The notes: generated by a model from the letters alone, not told the origin. DNA of 64,000 nucleotides from an uncultured Bordetella sp. (GCA_964531455.1 CAZHFZ010000008.1:17219-81218); one strand, 5' to 3'; positions 1 through 10,244 are shown, numbered from the stretch's first letter. Numbers and translations: made by a program.

Positions 1-338
1 CTGAGGTCGTATTTCCACACCGGATCCTCGGCTTTAAGGAACGGCCCCTGGGCGGTACTGCCGGCATTGTTGACCAGGATGTCGATACGGCCATATTGGC
101 GCACCGTCTCGGCGATGAACCGCTCCATTTCACCGGGCAGCGACGCATCGGCGCTCAGCGCCAACACCTCCCCGCCCAGAGCCCGCAATTCGTCGGCAAA
201 GGCATTGAGCACCTCACTGCGCCGCGCACACAGCGCAAGCCTGACACCCTCTTTGACAAAACGCAGTGCAGTGGCGCGGCCTATGCCTTCACTGCCGCCG
301 GTGATCGCCGCGACCTTGCCGCGCAGGCCCAGATCCAT
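1..338 (-). CDS. SDR-family oxidoreductase, N-terminal ~112 codons only (gene runs off the left edge)
   Basis: Not in the ORF track (no stop in window). Own translation of the minus strand from ATG at 336-338 gives MDLGLRGKVAAITGGSEGIGRATALRFVKEG...RIDILVNNAGS. It carries the TGxxxGIG Rossmann motif and the NNAG motif of classical short-chain dehydrogenases. Confidence 0.75.
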   Translation of the reverse strand, partial: MDLGLRGKVAAITGGSEGIGRATALRFVKEGVRLALCARRSEVLNAFADELRALGGEVLALSADASLPGEMERFIAETVRQYGRIDILVNNAGSTAQGPFLKAEDPVWKYDL

Positions 339-347
339 GGGAAGGCT

Positions 348-1106
348 CTAACGTTCCCGCCACATTTCCGGCGTCGCCGATCCGGGAAAGCCGAAATCAC
401 GCGGCGCCAGGCCGGAGTGAAACCAGGTAACAAAGGTATAGACGGTATAAATGGGGATCCGCAGCCGCGCATTGAGCGCCGCGGCGTAAGGCGCCATGTT
501 GTGGTTTTCGCAAACAATGGCGCCGACTTCGGGATGACGCCGCAACAATTCATCACCGGCCTCCATGATGTCCTGCTCCGCCATTTCGTAATCCATATCG
601 ATGGTATCGCCAAGCATCACGCGCGTGAACTCGCGCCCGCCTTCGGTACCCATCACCGGCGTGTCATGCGGCGCACCGACGGCATCCCAGTGCTCTGCGG
701 TCAGTCGGTCGCCGTGAACCGACAGCACCCCCACGCGTTTGCCAGGCGGCAACAGTCTTTGCACCAGCGGGATCTGGAACAGGGATGAACTGGCCACCGG
801 CACGTTGACATGTGCAGCGAGTTCTTTCTGAAAAATCGCGAGAAAACCCCCGGTCGTGGTGATGCCATCGGCACCTTCCTTGACCAGTTCTTCGGCGGCC
901 TTCAGGAACGCCGGACCGAGGCCTTTGCCTTTTTCGTGGATGACAACCCGGGCGCTCGCGCCGGGAACCACTTTGTAGAGCACCGGGAATGGCCAGGTAT
1001 AGGCATTACCCGTGTCGCCAGGCGGACGCGGCCACTTGGTATCCAGCATCAGTATGCCGACACGCGCGCCATAAATCGTTTTACCGCCGTAGCCTTTTCT
1101 TGCCAT
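348..1106 (-). CDS. Asp/Glu/hydantoin-racemase-superfamily protein (arylmalonate decarboxylase / maleate isomerase-like)
   Basis: 252-aa ORF. Two pseudo-symmetric halves carry the motifs GITTTGGF and AIVCENHNMAPY, where this superfamily places its catalytic residues. Assigned from fold and motif recollection only. Confidence 0.55.
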   Translation of the reverse strand: MARKGYGGKTIYGARVGILMLDTKWPRPPGDTGNAYTWPFPVLYKVVPGASARVVIHEKGKGLGPAFLKAAEELVKEGADGITTTGGFLAIFQKELAAHVNVPVASSSLFQIPLVQRLLPPGKRVGVLSVHGDRLTAEHWDAVGAPHDTPVMGTEGGREFTRVMLGDTIDMDYEMAEQDIMEAGDELLRRHPEVGAIVCENHNMAPYAAALNARLRIPIYTVYTFVTWFHSGLAPRDFGFPGSATPEMWRER

Positions 1107-1258
1107 TATTTTGACTCCCGCCTCAGATAATTTGAATTGAATCGATTATACAACCGGCTTATCGTGTCCTTGCCCTGCGCTTGCGCTCCGGCATTGTCAT
1201 GACGCATGCTAGGACAATTGTTGGCTGGCCATACGATCCACCTATTCGGGAGACCTTC

Positions 1259-2221
1259 ATGTTACGCACCGCCCTGCTGCTCGCCGTGTCCGGAGTGCTC
1301 ACCATCAGCACCGCGCTGGCACAGACCTATCCTTCACGCACCGTGCGCATCATGGCCCCATTTTCTCCCGGTGGCCCCGTGGACATCACGGCCCGCATCG
1401 TCGCGCAAAAACTCACCGAATCGCTGGGCCAGACGGTTGTTGTCGAAAACCGCGCCGGCGCCAGCGGCATGATCGGCGCTGAATTGGTCGCAAAAAGTCC
1501 GCCCGATGGCCATATGCTTCTTGCCAATTCTTCGATACATGTGATCGTACCCAGCCTGTTCTCGAAAATGACCTACGATCCGGTGCGCGATTTCATCCCC
1601 GTCACCGTGGTTTCTTCGTCACCGCTGATGCTGGTGGTCACACCCGCGCTGCCGGTCAAAAACATCAAGGGCTTCATCGGACTGGCAAAAGCGCGGCCCG
1701 GCGACATGAGCTTCGGTTCATCAGGCCCGGGCTCGTCCACGCATCTGACTGCGGAACTGCTGAAATCCGTTACCACCACCAGCATGATCCATGTCCCCTA
1801 CAAGGGACAGGGACAAGCCATCACCGATGTCATGACCGGGCAGATCCAGTTCATGTTCAACAGTCCGTCGGCCGTCGGTGAATTCATCAAGGTTGGGCGC
1901 CTGCGCACACTGGGTATCACCTCCGAAAAACGCCTGCCGCAATGGCCGGATGTGCCAACCTTTGTCGAGACCGGATACAAGGAAATGGTCACCGGCTCCT
2001 GGTACGGTATCTGGGTACCGGCAAAAACGCCGCAGGCGGTTGTCACAAGGCTAAACACGGAGATTGTGCGCATCGTCAGCCTGCCCGACGTGCGTCAGCG
2101 CATCATCGACATGGGCGGCGAACCCGTCGCCAACAGCAGCGCCGAGTTCGATGTTTTCCAGAAAACCGAAATGGCGCGCTGGGCAAAAATCGTCAAGCAG
2201 GCCGGGATCGAAGCTCAGTAA
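1259..2221 (+). CDS. Tripartite tricarboxylate transporter substrate-binding protein (Bug/TctC family)
   Basis: ORF 1181..2221 trimmed to the ATG at 1259 (MLRTALLLAVSGVLTISTALAQ signal peptide, GGGAGA RBS upstream). Typical Bug-family N-terminus YPSRTVRIMAPFSPGGPVDITARIVAQKL...ENRAGASG. Confidence 0.85.
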   Translation: MLRTALLLAVSGVLTISTALAQTYPSRTVRIMAPFSPGGPVDITARIVAQKLTESLGQTVVVENRAGASGMIGAELVAKSPPDGHMLLANSSIHVIVPSLFSKMTYDPVRDFIPVTVVSSSPLMLVVTPALPVKNIKGFIGLAKARPGDMSFGSSGPGSSTHLTAELLKSVTTTSMIHVPYKGQGQAITDVMTGQIQFMFNSPSAVGEFIKVGRLRTLGITSEKRLPQWPDVPTFVETGYKEMVTGSWYGIWVPAKTPQAVVTRLNTEIVRIVSLPDVRQRIIDMGGEPVANSSAEFDVFQKTEMARWAKIVKQAGIEAQ

Positions 2222-3480
2222 AGATTGAACCGTTCCGGCCGGAACGGTGACAGGTCGATACGCGGCGTGCGCTCAGCGACGATATCCGCCACCAACTGGC
2301 CGGTGACCGGCGCCGACATCAACCCCCAATGACCATGGCCGAAGGCAAACAGCACCTGCCGGTGCCGGGGCGAACGACCGATGATGGGCGAGGAATCCGG
2401 CGTTGACGGACGCACACCCATCCAGCGGCTGTAATTCTCCACCTTGATGCCAGGGAACATGCCTTCAGCCAGCTTCGCCAGCGTTTCCGCACGTGCCCAG
2501 TTAGGCGCAGCATCGGCAGCCTGGAACTCGGAGGTGCCGGCGATACGCAAGCCACCCGCCATCGGCGTCGCGACAAAACGTGACTCACCGTCGGTGACCG
2601 GGCAGTGCTGTTCGGTTACGGCACCGGGAATTTCGATGTGGTAACCGCGTTCCGGTGCCAGCAGCACGCGGGTGCCGAGTTTTGCCGCCAGTTTGGCCGA
2701 GGCATACCCGGCCGAGATGACTACGCACTCGGCAGTCAGTGTCACGTCGTTGGTATGCAGTTGCACGCCAGCGCCTTCGTCGCAGCGAATATCCGTGACA
2801 TTGGCACGGATGAGCGTACCGCCCTTGTCCTGGAAATGCGCAGCCAGCGCCTGCACCACCCCCTGCGGGCTGCGCACATGCGCATTGTCCAGCAGGTTAA
2901 AACCCCAGCGGTAGCCTGGCGAAAGTCCGGGCGCGAGTTCACGGATTTTGTCGGCATCGACCAGTTCCATCACGCAGCCGTTGTCAGCGCGCAAACGGCG
3001 CCCGAATGCGCTGGCCTTGAACCCGGCCTCGGTTTTATAGACATGCAGCATGCCCTCACGCCGCAGCAGCTCCGGTGCACCGGCAGCACCCAACAGGTCA
3101 ACGTAAGCATCAACCGACGGCGCATTCAGTGATCGCAGAACGGCTGCCGCTCGCTGCACACGGTCAGGATTGCAGGCGCGCTGGAAATGCAGGAACCAGG
3201 GCAGCATGAACGGCAGTTGACACCAGGACAGCGTCAGCGGCCCCAGCGGATCGCTGAGCCACTTCGGAACCTGTTTCAGTGTGCCGGGCATGGCCACGGG
3301 CACGATCGAACCGGGCGCCACCGACCCGGCGTTACCGAAGGAAGTGCCTTCGCCGGGCGACTGACGATCAACTACCGTGACCCTGTGGCCTTCGCGCTGC
3401 AGATAGATCGCGGTCACGATACCCACGATGCCCGCTCCGATTACGGTGATCTCTTTCACTGCGGAATTATCCTCTGCCAT
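2215..3480 (-). CDS. FAD-dependent D-amino-acid dehydrogenase-like oxidoreductase (DadA family)
   Basis: 421 aa. N-terminal GxGxxG FAD fold ([17 protein letters not shown]), C-terminal FGHGHWGL motif typical of DadA/DAO-family enzymes. Converges on and overlaps the TctC gene by 7 nt. Confidence 0.8.
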   Translation of the reverse strand: MAEDNSAVKEITVIGAGIVGIVTAIYLQREGHRVTVVDRQSPGEGTSFGNAGSVAPGSIVPVAMPGTLKQVPKWLSDPLGPLTLSWCQLPFMLPWFLHFQRACNPDRVQRAAAVLRSLNAPSVDAYVDLLGAAGAPELLRREGMLHVYKTEAGFKASAFGRRLRADNGCVMELVDADKIRELAPGLSPGYRWGFNLLDNAHVRSPQGVVQALAAHFQDKGGTLIRANVTDIRCDEGAGVQLHTNDVTLTAECVVISAGYASAKLAAKLGTRVLLAPERGYHIEIPGAVTEQHCPVTDGESRFVATPMAGGLRIAGTSEFQAADAAPNWARAETLAKLAEGMFPGIKVENYSRWMGVRPSTPDSSPIIGRSPRHRQVLFAFGHGHWGLMSAPVTGQLVADIVAERTPRIDLSPFRPERFNLY

Positions 3481-3589
3481 TCAAGCGGTGGTGCCGCCAA
3501 TGCTACAACACAAGCGAGGCAGAAAACGCAATACATTGTTTCTAAAAACAAAATTCAATTACCCTGTGCTTCTCGTAAAATACGACGCC

Positions 3590-6175
3590 ATGAAACCGGA
3601 AACACCCGTCGCTGCCCACACGCCAATGATGCAGCAATATTTGCGCATCAAATCGGAGCACCCGGATCAGTTGGTGTTCTACCGCATGGGTGATTTCTAC
3701 GAACTGTTTTTCGACGATGCTGAGCGCGCGGCACGGTTGATGGATATCACCCTGACTTCGCGTGGCGAATCCGCAGGCACACCGATCAAGATGGCCGGCG
3801 TACCTTTCCATGCGCTGGACCAGTATCTGGCGAGACTGGTGAAACTCGGCGAATCCGTCGCGATCTGCGAACAAATTGGCGACCCGGCGACATCAAAAGG
3901 TCCGGTCGAACGCAAGGTGGTACGCATCGTCACTCCGGGCACGCTGACCGAGTCGGCTTTGCTCGACGACAAGAGCGACAACCTGCTGCTTGCGGCCCAT
4001 CGTGCCGGCAATGTGCTTGGGCTCGCCTGGCTTTCCCTGTCTTCCGGACGCTTCTGTGCCATGGAAACCGCGCCAGCCAATCTGGCCGTTGAACTGGAAC
4101 GGCTGCGACCTGCGGAAATCCTGCTGGCCGAGGGCGGGAACATTGAATTGAGCGAAACCGGCGTGGCGATTCGCCGCCTGCCGCCGTGGCGCTTTGATAC
4201 TGAAGTCGCACGCCGCACGCTTACTGCGCAGTTTGAAACCCACGACCTGAGCGGTTTCGGCGCCCAGGGACTGGATGCCGCATTGGCCGCCGCCGGCGCG
4301 CTGTTCGATTACGCCAAATCAACGCAAGGCACGGCCATCGCTCATGTGCGTTCGCTGATTGTTGAATCCGAACGTGCATGGCTGCGCATGGATCCGTCAA
4401 CGCGACGCAACCTGGAACTGACCGAAACCATACGCGGTGAACCGGCACCGACCTTGTTATCAATGCTCGACACCTGCGCCACCGGCATGGGCAGCCGCCG
4501 CCTGCGCCATGCGCTGCATCATCCGCTTACCGACCGTGCGCATGTGCAGTCACTGCATGCCGCGGTCGCCGCCTTGATCGACCATGAACGCCATGTTGCG
4601 GTACGCAGTGCACTGAAAAATTTCTCCGACGTCGAACGGATTGCGGCGCGGATTGCACTGGCATCGGCACGACCACGCGACCTGTCCGGTCTGCGCGAAT
4701 CGCTTAACCGGCTACCTGCTCTGGTTGCCGCCCTGGGCGGTGCTGCTGACGGCAGGCTCGGCGGGCTTGCCGTTGATCTTGCGCCACAGGAAGCGCTGGC
4801 TGATCTGCTGACCAGGGCCGTCAAGCCCGAACCCGCGGCAATCATCCGCGAAGGCGGGGTGATCGCTGACGGTTATGACGCGGACCTCGACGAATTGCGT
4901 GGCATCCAGGACAACTGTGGCGCCTTCCTCGCCGAACTCGAAACCCGTGAACGTACACGTACCGGCATTACGACGCTGAAAGTCGAATACAACCGGGTGC
5001 ATGGTTTTTATATCGAAGTCACCCGCGCGCAATCCGACAAGGTTCCGGATGATTACCGCCGGCGACAGACCCTGAAAAACGCCGAGCGCTACATCACGCC
5101 GGAATTAAAAACTTTCGAAGACAAGGCGCTGTCCGCACAGGAACGCGCGCTGGCGCGGGAAAAACTGCTCTATGAACAATTACTGCGCGACCTGGCACCA
5201 CAAGTACCTGTGCTGCAGCAGGTCGCCGCGGCAATCGCTGAACTGGACATGCTGGCGGCATTTGCGGAACGTGCCGCAGCATTGAACTGGGCGGCCCCTG
5301 AATTCACCGATGAGCCGGTAATCGATATCGACGGCGGCCGTCACCCGGTGGTCGAAGCGCAGGTCACGCCTTTTATCGCGAACGACACAAAACTGTCGGC
5401 CACTCGCCGCATGTTGCTGATCACCGGCCCCAACATGGGCGGCAAATCGACTTACATGCGGCAGACCGCGTTGATTGCGCTGCTGGCGCATTGCGGATCG
5501 TTCGTGCCGGCAACTCGTGCGCGTCTTGGTCCGCTTGACCGCATCTTCACGCGCATCGGCGCTGCCGATGATCTGGCCGGCGGTCGTTCAACGTTCATGG
5601 TCGAAATGACCGAGGCCGCCTACATCCTGCATCACGCCACGCCGCAAAGCCTGGTGCTGATGGATGAAATCGGCCGCGGCACTTCGACTTACGATGGTCT
5701 GGCGCTGGCCTGGGCGATCGCCCGCCACCTGATTGAACGCGGCGGCTGTCATACGCTGTTTGCGACCCACTACTTCGAATTGACGCAGCTCGCCGTCGAT
5801 TTCAAACAGGTGGTGAACGTGCATCTCGACGCGGTCGAGCACAAGGACCGCATCGTGTTCCTGCACAGCGTCGAGGAAGGTCCGGCGAACCAGAGTTACG
5901 GCCTGCAGGTCGCACAACTCGCCGGTGTCCCGGCCGCAGTGATCCGCAGCGCGCGCAAACATCTCGCTGATCTGGAGGCCGCTGCGGCTGCGCACGCGCC
6001 GCAAGGTGATCTGTTCTCGGCGCCTGCAGCGACCGCTGATGCGCCAACCACCGAGCCGCATCCCGCAATCGACGCGTTGCGCGACTGCGACCCCGATGCG
6101 CTGACGCCACGCGATGCTCTGGATCTGCTTTACCGGCTGCGGGAAATGGCGCGGGACGACGCCAAAAGTAATTAA
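3590..6175 (+). CDS. mutS: DNA mismatch repair protein MutS
   Basis: ORF 3428..6175 trimmed to the ATG at 3590 ([44 protein letters not shown], canonical MutS N-terminus). Walker [10 protein letters not shown]. 861 aa. Confidence 0.97.
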   Translation: MKPETPVAAHTPMMQQYLRIKSEHPDQLVFYRMGDFYELFFDDAERAARLMDITLTSRGESAGTPIKMAGVPFHALDQYLARLVKLGESVAICEQIGDPATSKGPVERKVVRIVTPGTLTESALLDDKSDNLLLAAHRAGNVLGLAWLSLSSGRFCAMETAPANLAVELERLRPAEILLAEGGNIELSETGVAIRRLPPWRFDTEVARRTLTAQFETHDLSGFGAQGLDAALAAAGALFDYAKSTQGTAIAHVRSLIVESERAWLRMDPSTRRNLELTETIRGEPAPTLLSMLDTCATGMGSRRLRHALHHPLTDRAHVQSLHAAVAALIDHERHVAVRSALKNFSDVERIAARIALASARPRDLSGLRESLNRLPALVAALGGAADGRLGGLAVDLAPQEALADLLTRAVKPEPAAIIREGGVIADGYDADLDELRGIQDNCGAFLAELETRERTRTGITTLKVEYNRVHGFYIEVTRAQSDKVPDDYRRRQTLKNAERYITPELKTFEDKALSAQERALAREKLLYEQLLRDLAPQVPVLQQVAAAIAELDMLAAFAERAAALNWAAPEFTDEPVIDIDGGRHPVVEAQVTPFIANDTKLSATRRMLLITGPNMGGKSTYMRQTALIALLAHCGSFVPATRARLGPLDRIFTRIGAADDLAGGRSTFMVEMTEAAYILHHATPQSLVLMDEIGRGTSTYDGLALAWAIARHLIERGGCHTLFATHYFELTQLAVDFKQVVNVHLDAVEHKDRIVFLHSVEEGPANQSYGLQVAQLAGVPAAVIRSARKHLADLEAAAAAHAPQGDLFSAPAATADAPTTEPHPAIDALRDCDPDALTPRDALDLLYRLREMARDDAKSN

Positions 6176-6254
6176 TAACTAATTGTTTTTATTGCTATTT
6201 CTGCAAGTCCCGATGGTGCGATTACACCACCGGGATCACTCCAACCGCAGTCAA

Positions 6255-6737
6255 TCAGTGATGATGGCCGTGCGGACCATGCACATGTCCGTGCTCAAGT
6301 TCCTCACCGGTGGCCGCACGCACTTCAGCAACCGTGCAGCTGAAATCCAGCGTCTGCCCGGCCAGCGGATGATTGCCGTCGACAACCACCTTGTCTTCGG
6401 CGACATCGGTCACCGTGTAAACCATCGCATGTCCGGACTGATCGCCGCGGCCTTCGAACTGCATGCCGACCGCCACCTCCGGAGGAAACTTGTCGCGCGT
6501 TTCCATATGCACCAGTTCGGCATCGTACTGGCCGAACGCATCTTCCGGCGCCAGGCGCACCTTGCAACTGTGTCCGGCAGCCTTCCCGTCCAGTTCCTGC
6601 TCGACCAGCGGAAAAATTCCATGGTAGCCGCCGTGGAGGTAGGCAATCGGATCGTCCGTCTTCTCGATCACGTTGCCCTGCGCATCCAGCAGCTCGAAAG
6701 TCAGCATGACTACCGTGTTTTTTGCAATCTGCATCAC
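6255..6737 (-). CDS. slyD: FKBP-type peptidyl-prolyl isomerase / metallochaperone SlyD
   Basis: 160 aa, collinear with E. coli SlyD (YLHG..., VVDGNHPLAGQTL.F, EEL.HGHVHG) including the His-rich C-terminal tail HGHVHGPHGHHH. Confidence 0.9.
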   Translation of the reverse strand: MMQIAKNTVVMLTFELLDAQGNVIEKTDDPIAYLHGGYHGIFPLVEQELDGKAAGHSCKVRLAPEDAFGQYDAELVHMETRDKFPPEVAVGMQFEGRGDQSGHAMVYTVTDVAEDKVVVDGNHPLAGQTLDFSCTVAEVRAATGEELEHGHVHGPHGHHH

Positions 6738-7276
6738 ATTTCCTTGATTAACTGCAGCACTTGCGCAGCGTGGCCACGGGGGCTCACGCCATAGAGCGCG
6801 TGCTGCACAACGCCCTTGCGGTCAATCACAAAAGTCGACCGGCGTATGCATTCGCGCCAGCCTCCTTCGCATTCCTTCAACTCCAGCACCCCGTAACGGC
6901 GGCACACCTCGCCTTCGACATCCGACAACAACTGCACGGCCAGACCATACTTGTCGCGGAATGCGCCGTGGACCATGCAGTCATCCATGCTGATGCCAAG
7001 AACCAGCGCACCGCATTCACGAAAATCCATTTCCAGCTCGCTGAATTCCAGCGCTTCGGCAGTACAACTCGGCGTGTCATCACGCGGATAAAAATAAAAC
7101 ACCAGTTTGCTGTGCCCGCAAAGGTCTTTGAAACAGACCCAGTTCAGATCGGCGTCAGGCAGCTCAAACGCCGGCGCGCGAACGCCCTGCCTCAACTGCT
7201 CCGAGGTCTTGCGCGAGGCGCGATGGATATCCGGAATCACTGGATTCAGATTTGCCATGCCGGATTCTGTGAACAA
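6734..7276 (-). CDS. bcp: Thioredoxin-dependent peroxiredoxin (Bcp/PrxQ family)
   Basis: 180 aa. Peroxidatic motif FYFYPRDDTPSCT. 4-nt overlap with the slyD start. An alternative start at 7258 (MANLNP) is possible. Confidence 0.85.
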   Translation of the reverse strand: MFTESGMANLNPVIPDIHRASRKTSEQLRQGVRAPAFELPDADLNWVCFKDLCGHSKLVFYFYPRDDTPSCTAEALEFSELEMDFRECGALVLGISMDDCMVHGAFRDKYGLAVQLLSDVEGEVCRRYGVLELKECEGGWRECIRRSTFVIDRKGVVQHALYGVSPRGHAAQVLQLIKEM

Positions 7277-7328
7277 AGCTGCGGGAGGTCAAGCGCGCGC
7301 AGCAACTGGCCATTTATAATCACTGCCA

Positions 7329-8453
7329 ATGCGCAACAAACTGCTCAACGGGCTTACCCCGGCACAATTCCTGCATAAGCACTGGCAAAAAAAGCCTTTG
7401 CTCGCCCGCGGCAGCCTGCCGGAATTCGCCGATCTGATCAACCGCCGCTCATTGATCGAACTGGCATTGCTGCCGGAGGCAGAAGCCCGGCTGATTACCC
7501 GCAAAGGGCGGCGCTGGGACGTCCGCCACGGCCCCTTCCGGCGGCAGGACTTTGCAAAACTCCCGGATCGGGACTGGACCCTGCTCGTTCAGGGCGTGGA
7601 TCTGCTGCTGCCCCGCGCAAAGGAACTGCTCGGCCGTTTCGACTTCATCCCCTACGCCCGCCTCGACGATCTGATGGTGAGCTACGCCCCGCCCGGCGGC
7701 GGTGTCGGTCCGCATTTCGACAGCTACGATGTTTTCCTGCTCCAGGGCGAAGGAACCCGCCGCTGGCAAATCAGCCGCCAGCGCGATCTGACCCTTGTGG
7801 AAAACGCACCACTGAAAATTCTGAGTGACTTCCGTCCGACCCGGGAGTGGACACTCGACACCGGCGACCTGCTGTATCTGCCGCCGCGTTATGCGCATGA
7901 TGGCGTGGCGCTTTCCGACTGCATTACGCTGTCAGTCGGGTTTCGCGCACCATCAGCCCAGGACCTGTGCAGCCGTTTTTATGATTTCCTGCAGGACAAT
8001 CTCGACGCGCGCGGCCTCTATGCCGATCCCCACCTGAAAGCAACGCAACAGCCGGCGCGCATCGCACCACAACTCGCACGCGACCTGTTTGATTTGCTGG
8101 CGCAGGCGCGCTGGAAACATGCGGACATGCTGCGTTTCATTGGCGAGGATCTCAGCACGCCAAAGTCTCACGTCGTTTTCAATCCTCCAGGACGCGCGCT
8201 GTCTGCGCCGGCCTTTGCACGCACTGCCCACCGCAACGGACTGCAACTGGCCCCGGCCTCGATACTGCTTTACGACGACCATGCGTTCTACATGAACGGC
8301 GAGTACTGTCAGATACCGGCAACCGCAAGATTGGCCTTGTGCCGATTCGCTGATCGCAGAAAAGTGCCACCGAAAACTGTGTTGCCGGGTTCAGTGTCTG
8401 AAACGCTTTACACCTGGTATCGCGCGGGCTTTATTTCGCTGCTTTCCGACTGA
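7329..8453 (+). CDS. roxA: Cupin/JmjC-domain ribosomal protein hydroxylase (YcfD/RoxA-like)
   Basis: 374 aa. HxD...H 2-oxoglutarate/Fe(II) facial triad context (GVGPHFDSYDVFLLQGEGTRRWQI ... YAHDGVA). Length and architecture match E. coli YcfD. Confidence 0.7.
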   Translation: MRNKLLNGLTPAQFLHKHWQKKPLLARGSLPEFADLINRRSLIELALLPEAEARLITRKGRRWDVRHGPFRRQDFAKLPDRDWTLLVQGVDLLLPRAKELLGRFDFIPYARLDDLMVSYAPPGGGVGPHFDSYDVFLLQGEGTRRWQISRQRDLTLVENAPLKILSDFRPTREWTLDTGDLLYLPPRYAHDGVALSDCITLSVGFRAPSAQDLCSRFYDFLQDNLDARGLYADPHLKATQQPARIAPQLARDLFDLLAQARWKHADMLRFIGEDLSTPKSHVVFNPPGRALSAPAFARTAHRNGLQLAPASILLYDDHAFYMNGEYCQIPATARLALCRFADRRKVPPKTVLPGSVSETLYTWYRAGFISLLSD

Positions 8454-8471
8454 TCACGATCCTTGTCCCGT

Positions 8472-8972
8472 ATGGAACTGACCGGAAATCTTCCCAACGC
8501 CCAATACCGTCGCTTCGAAAGCAATCGGGAGTACGAAGCGCTCATCGATCAGATGATCCCGCTGACTCAGCGCTACATCCGCATTTTCGACAAAAACCTC
8601 AGTCGCGGGTACGACAATCCAGCACGCATCGAAATGCTCCGGCAATTTCTGCTGGCAGCCCGAACAAACCGGCTGCTCATCATCCTTCATGAAACAAGGC
8701 AATTGACGACCGAACATCCCCGCTTTCTGGAATTTGCACGGCAGTTCAGTCACGCCTGCATCATTCGCGAAACGCTGCGCGGCGCAAAACATGTGTATGA
8801 CCCTTTTGTAATCTTCGACGGCAGTCACTATCTGCATCGTTTTCACCATGCGCACATGAGGGCAGCTCAGGGGCTGAATGACGCGACGGCAACCCAGCAA
8901 TTAATTGAGCGTTTTGACGAAATTGCCGAATGTTCTGGACCACCGCTGCCAGCCCACGTCACGGGCCTGTGA
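8472..8972 (+). CDS. Conserved hypothetical protein, function unknown
   Basis: ORF 8463..8972 (TTG) trimmed to the ATG at 8472. Third-position GC bias supports this frame over the antisense ORF 8454..8900. No signal peptide or TM segment, and no motif I can name with confidence. Confidence 0.6.
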   Translation: MELTGNLPNAQYRRFESNREYEALIDQMIPLTQRYIRIFDKNLSRGYDNPARIEMLRQFLLAARTNRLLIILHETRQLTTEHPRFLEFARQFSHACIIRETLRGAKHVYDPFVIFDGSHYLHRFHHAHMRAAQGLNDATATQQLIERFDEIAECSGPPLPAHVTGL

Positions 8973-9127
8973 CCACATGGTGTATTGCACGCTGAAATAC
9001 ACGGTAAACACTGGTACAATATGTGCCGGACTGAGGGTTGCCGCAATTGGCCTGCATGGGGTTGTCAGCCCGAAGCACCAACCAAATTTGGATAGAACCT
9101 CTTTACCTTCGAAGGATTTAGATAATC

Positions 9128-9415
9128 ATGAACCGCTCCCTCGTTATCGCCGCCATGCTGGCGGTTGGTCTGGCCGCCTGCGGCGAAAAACCCGCACCGG
9201 CTCCTGCACCTGCTACTGCACCGGCTCCGGCCCCCGCACCGGCTCCGGCTCCTGAAGCGCCGAAAGCTGATGCCAGCGCACCGGCCGCTACCGCTCCGGC
9301 TGATGCCGCCCAAGGCGCTGCTGACGCCGCCAAAGGTGCCGTCGATGCTGCCAAAGGCGCTGCTGATGCCGCCAAAGGTGCCGCAGACGCCGCCAAAGAC
9401 GCCGTCAAGAAGTAA
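9128..9415 (+). CDS. Small low-complexity lipoprotein (Pro-Ala tract plus 4x heptad GAxDAAK repeat)
   Basis: 95 aa. Signal peptide with lipobox LAAC|G. PAPAPA tract at aa 21-43. Four exact-length 7-aa repeats at the C-terminus. Followed directly by a strong terminator. Confidence 0.7.
   Translation: MNRSLVIAAMLAVGLAACGEKPAPAPAPATAPAPAPAPAPAPEAPKADASAPAATAPADAAQGAADAAKGAVDAAKGAADAAKGAADAAKDAVKK
9314..9397 (+). repeat. Tandem 21-bp coding repeat, 4 copies (GGYGCNGCNGAYGCYGCCAAA)
   Basis: Counted directly. The units 9314-9334, 9335-9355, 9356-9376 and 9377-9397 each encode G-A-(A/V)-D-A-A-K. Confidence 0.85.
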
Positions 9416-9430
9416 GTCTGCATGCACCAC

Positions 9431-9460
9431 AAAAAGCCGGCCTGCGGGCCGGCTTTTTTA
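9431..9460. terminator. Bidirectional rho-independent terminator between converging genes
   Basis: AAAAAGCCGGCC-TGCG-GGCCGGCTTTTTT: perfect 8-bp GC stem (9435-9442 / 9447-9454) with an A-run on one side and a T-run on the other. Confidence 0.8.
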
Positions 9461-9479
9461 TTGGTGATTGGCCTCGTGA

Positions 9480-10244
9480 TCAGGTAACACAGCGCCAGTC
9501 AAATCCATGTGCCTGGGTCGCAACTGAAACCCATCCGGGCTCACATCCCAATGCACCGGCAAGTGCATCAATCGCCAGCTCCGGACGATTGTTCTTTTGC
9601 GATAAATGTGCCGCAACGACATGCTGCAGGCCGGATCGGTCGATGCCCGAAAGGATCTGTGCGGCCTGACCGTTGTCGAGATGTCCCAGACGGCCGGAGA
9701 TACGCTCCTTTAGACGTTCAGGATAGGCGCTGTTCCGCAGCAGGGTGAGATCATGATTGCATTCGAGCACCAGGGCATCCAAACCGGACAGCATCTGCTC
9801 AATGTGTGGCGTGGGCTCTCCGGCGTCTGTCAGAACACCCAGCCGGACAGCGCCATCGCCAAATACGAACTGCGTGGGCTCGCGAGCATCGTGCGGCACC
9901 GGGTAGGGCATCACTTCCAGATCACCGACTGCAAACGGGGTGTGACTGTCAATGACGACGGTTTCCCCCAATTCTCCGCAACCAGCGGCTGCGTGAGTGC
10001 CATAGGTCAGGTACACAGGGGTTCCGAAACGCCGCGAGAAACGCCCGACGCCACCGACGTGATCGTCATGCTCGTGGGTAACAAGGATGGCATCAAGGGT
10101 TTCGGGCGCAACACCAAGACGACCAAGGCGCCGCACTGTCTCGGCAACACTGAAACCGCAATCAAGAAGGACCCGCGAGCGCCCGGCCTCCACCAGCAGA
10201 CCGTTGCCCTCGCTGCCGCTGCCGAGAGATGCAAAACGGATCAT
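9480..10244 (-). CDS. MBL-fold metallo-hydrolase
   Basis: ORF 9480..10274 trimmed to MIRFASLGSGSEGNG at 10244. HxHxDH zinc motif (THEHDDHVGG). Confidence 0.85.
   Translation of the reverse strand: MIRFASLGSGSEGNGLLVEAGRSRVLLDCGFSVAETVRRLGRLGVAPETLDAILVTHEHDDHVGGVGRFSRRFGTPVYLTYGTHAAAGCGELGETVVIDSHTPFAVGDLEVMPYPVPHDAREPTQFVFGDGAVRLGVLTDAGEPTPHIEQMLSGLDALVLECNHDLTLLRNSAYPERLKERISGRLGHLDNGQAAQILSGIDRSGLQHVVAAHLSQKNNRPELAIDALAGALGCEPGWVSVATQAHGFDWRCVT

Noticed and set aside
3428-3589. N-terminal extensions offered by the ORF track (mutS 3428, tctC 1181, arsC 15209, fur 33353, nadK 36495, folC 59175, trpF 62918, dapA 12415, dehydrogenase 44736)
   Set aside because: In each case an internal ATG reproduces the canonical family N-terminus and has a better RBS. 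The upstream codons overlap neighbouring genes or promoters.
6209-6234. Hairpin CCCGATGGTG-N6-CACCACCGGG between converging mutS and slyD as a terminator
   Set aside because: The 9/10-bp stem is real, but there is no T-run on either strand, so it is not a canonical intrinsic terminator. Left uncalled.
9188-9256. Regularly spaced short GC repeats (GCACCGGCTCC...) considered as a possible CRISPR-like array or microsatellite
   Set aside because: They are the codons of a Pro-Ala tract inside a well-supported lipoprotein ORF. There is no repeat-spacer architecture and there are no cas genes.
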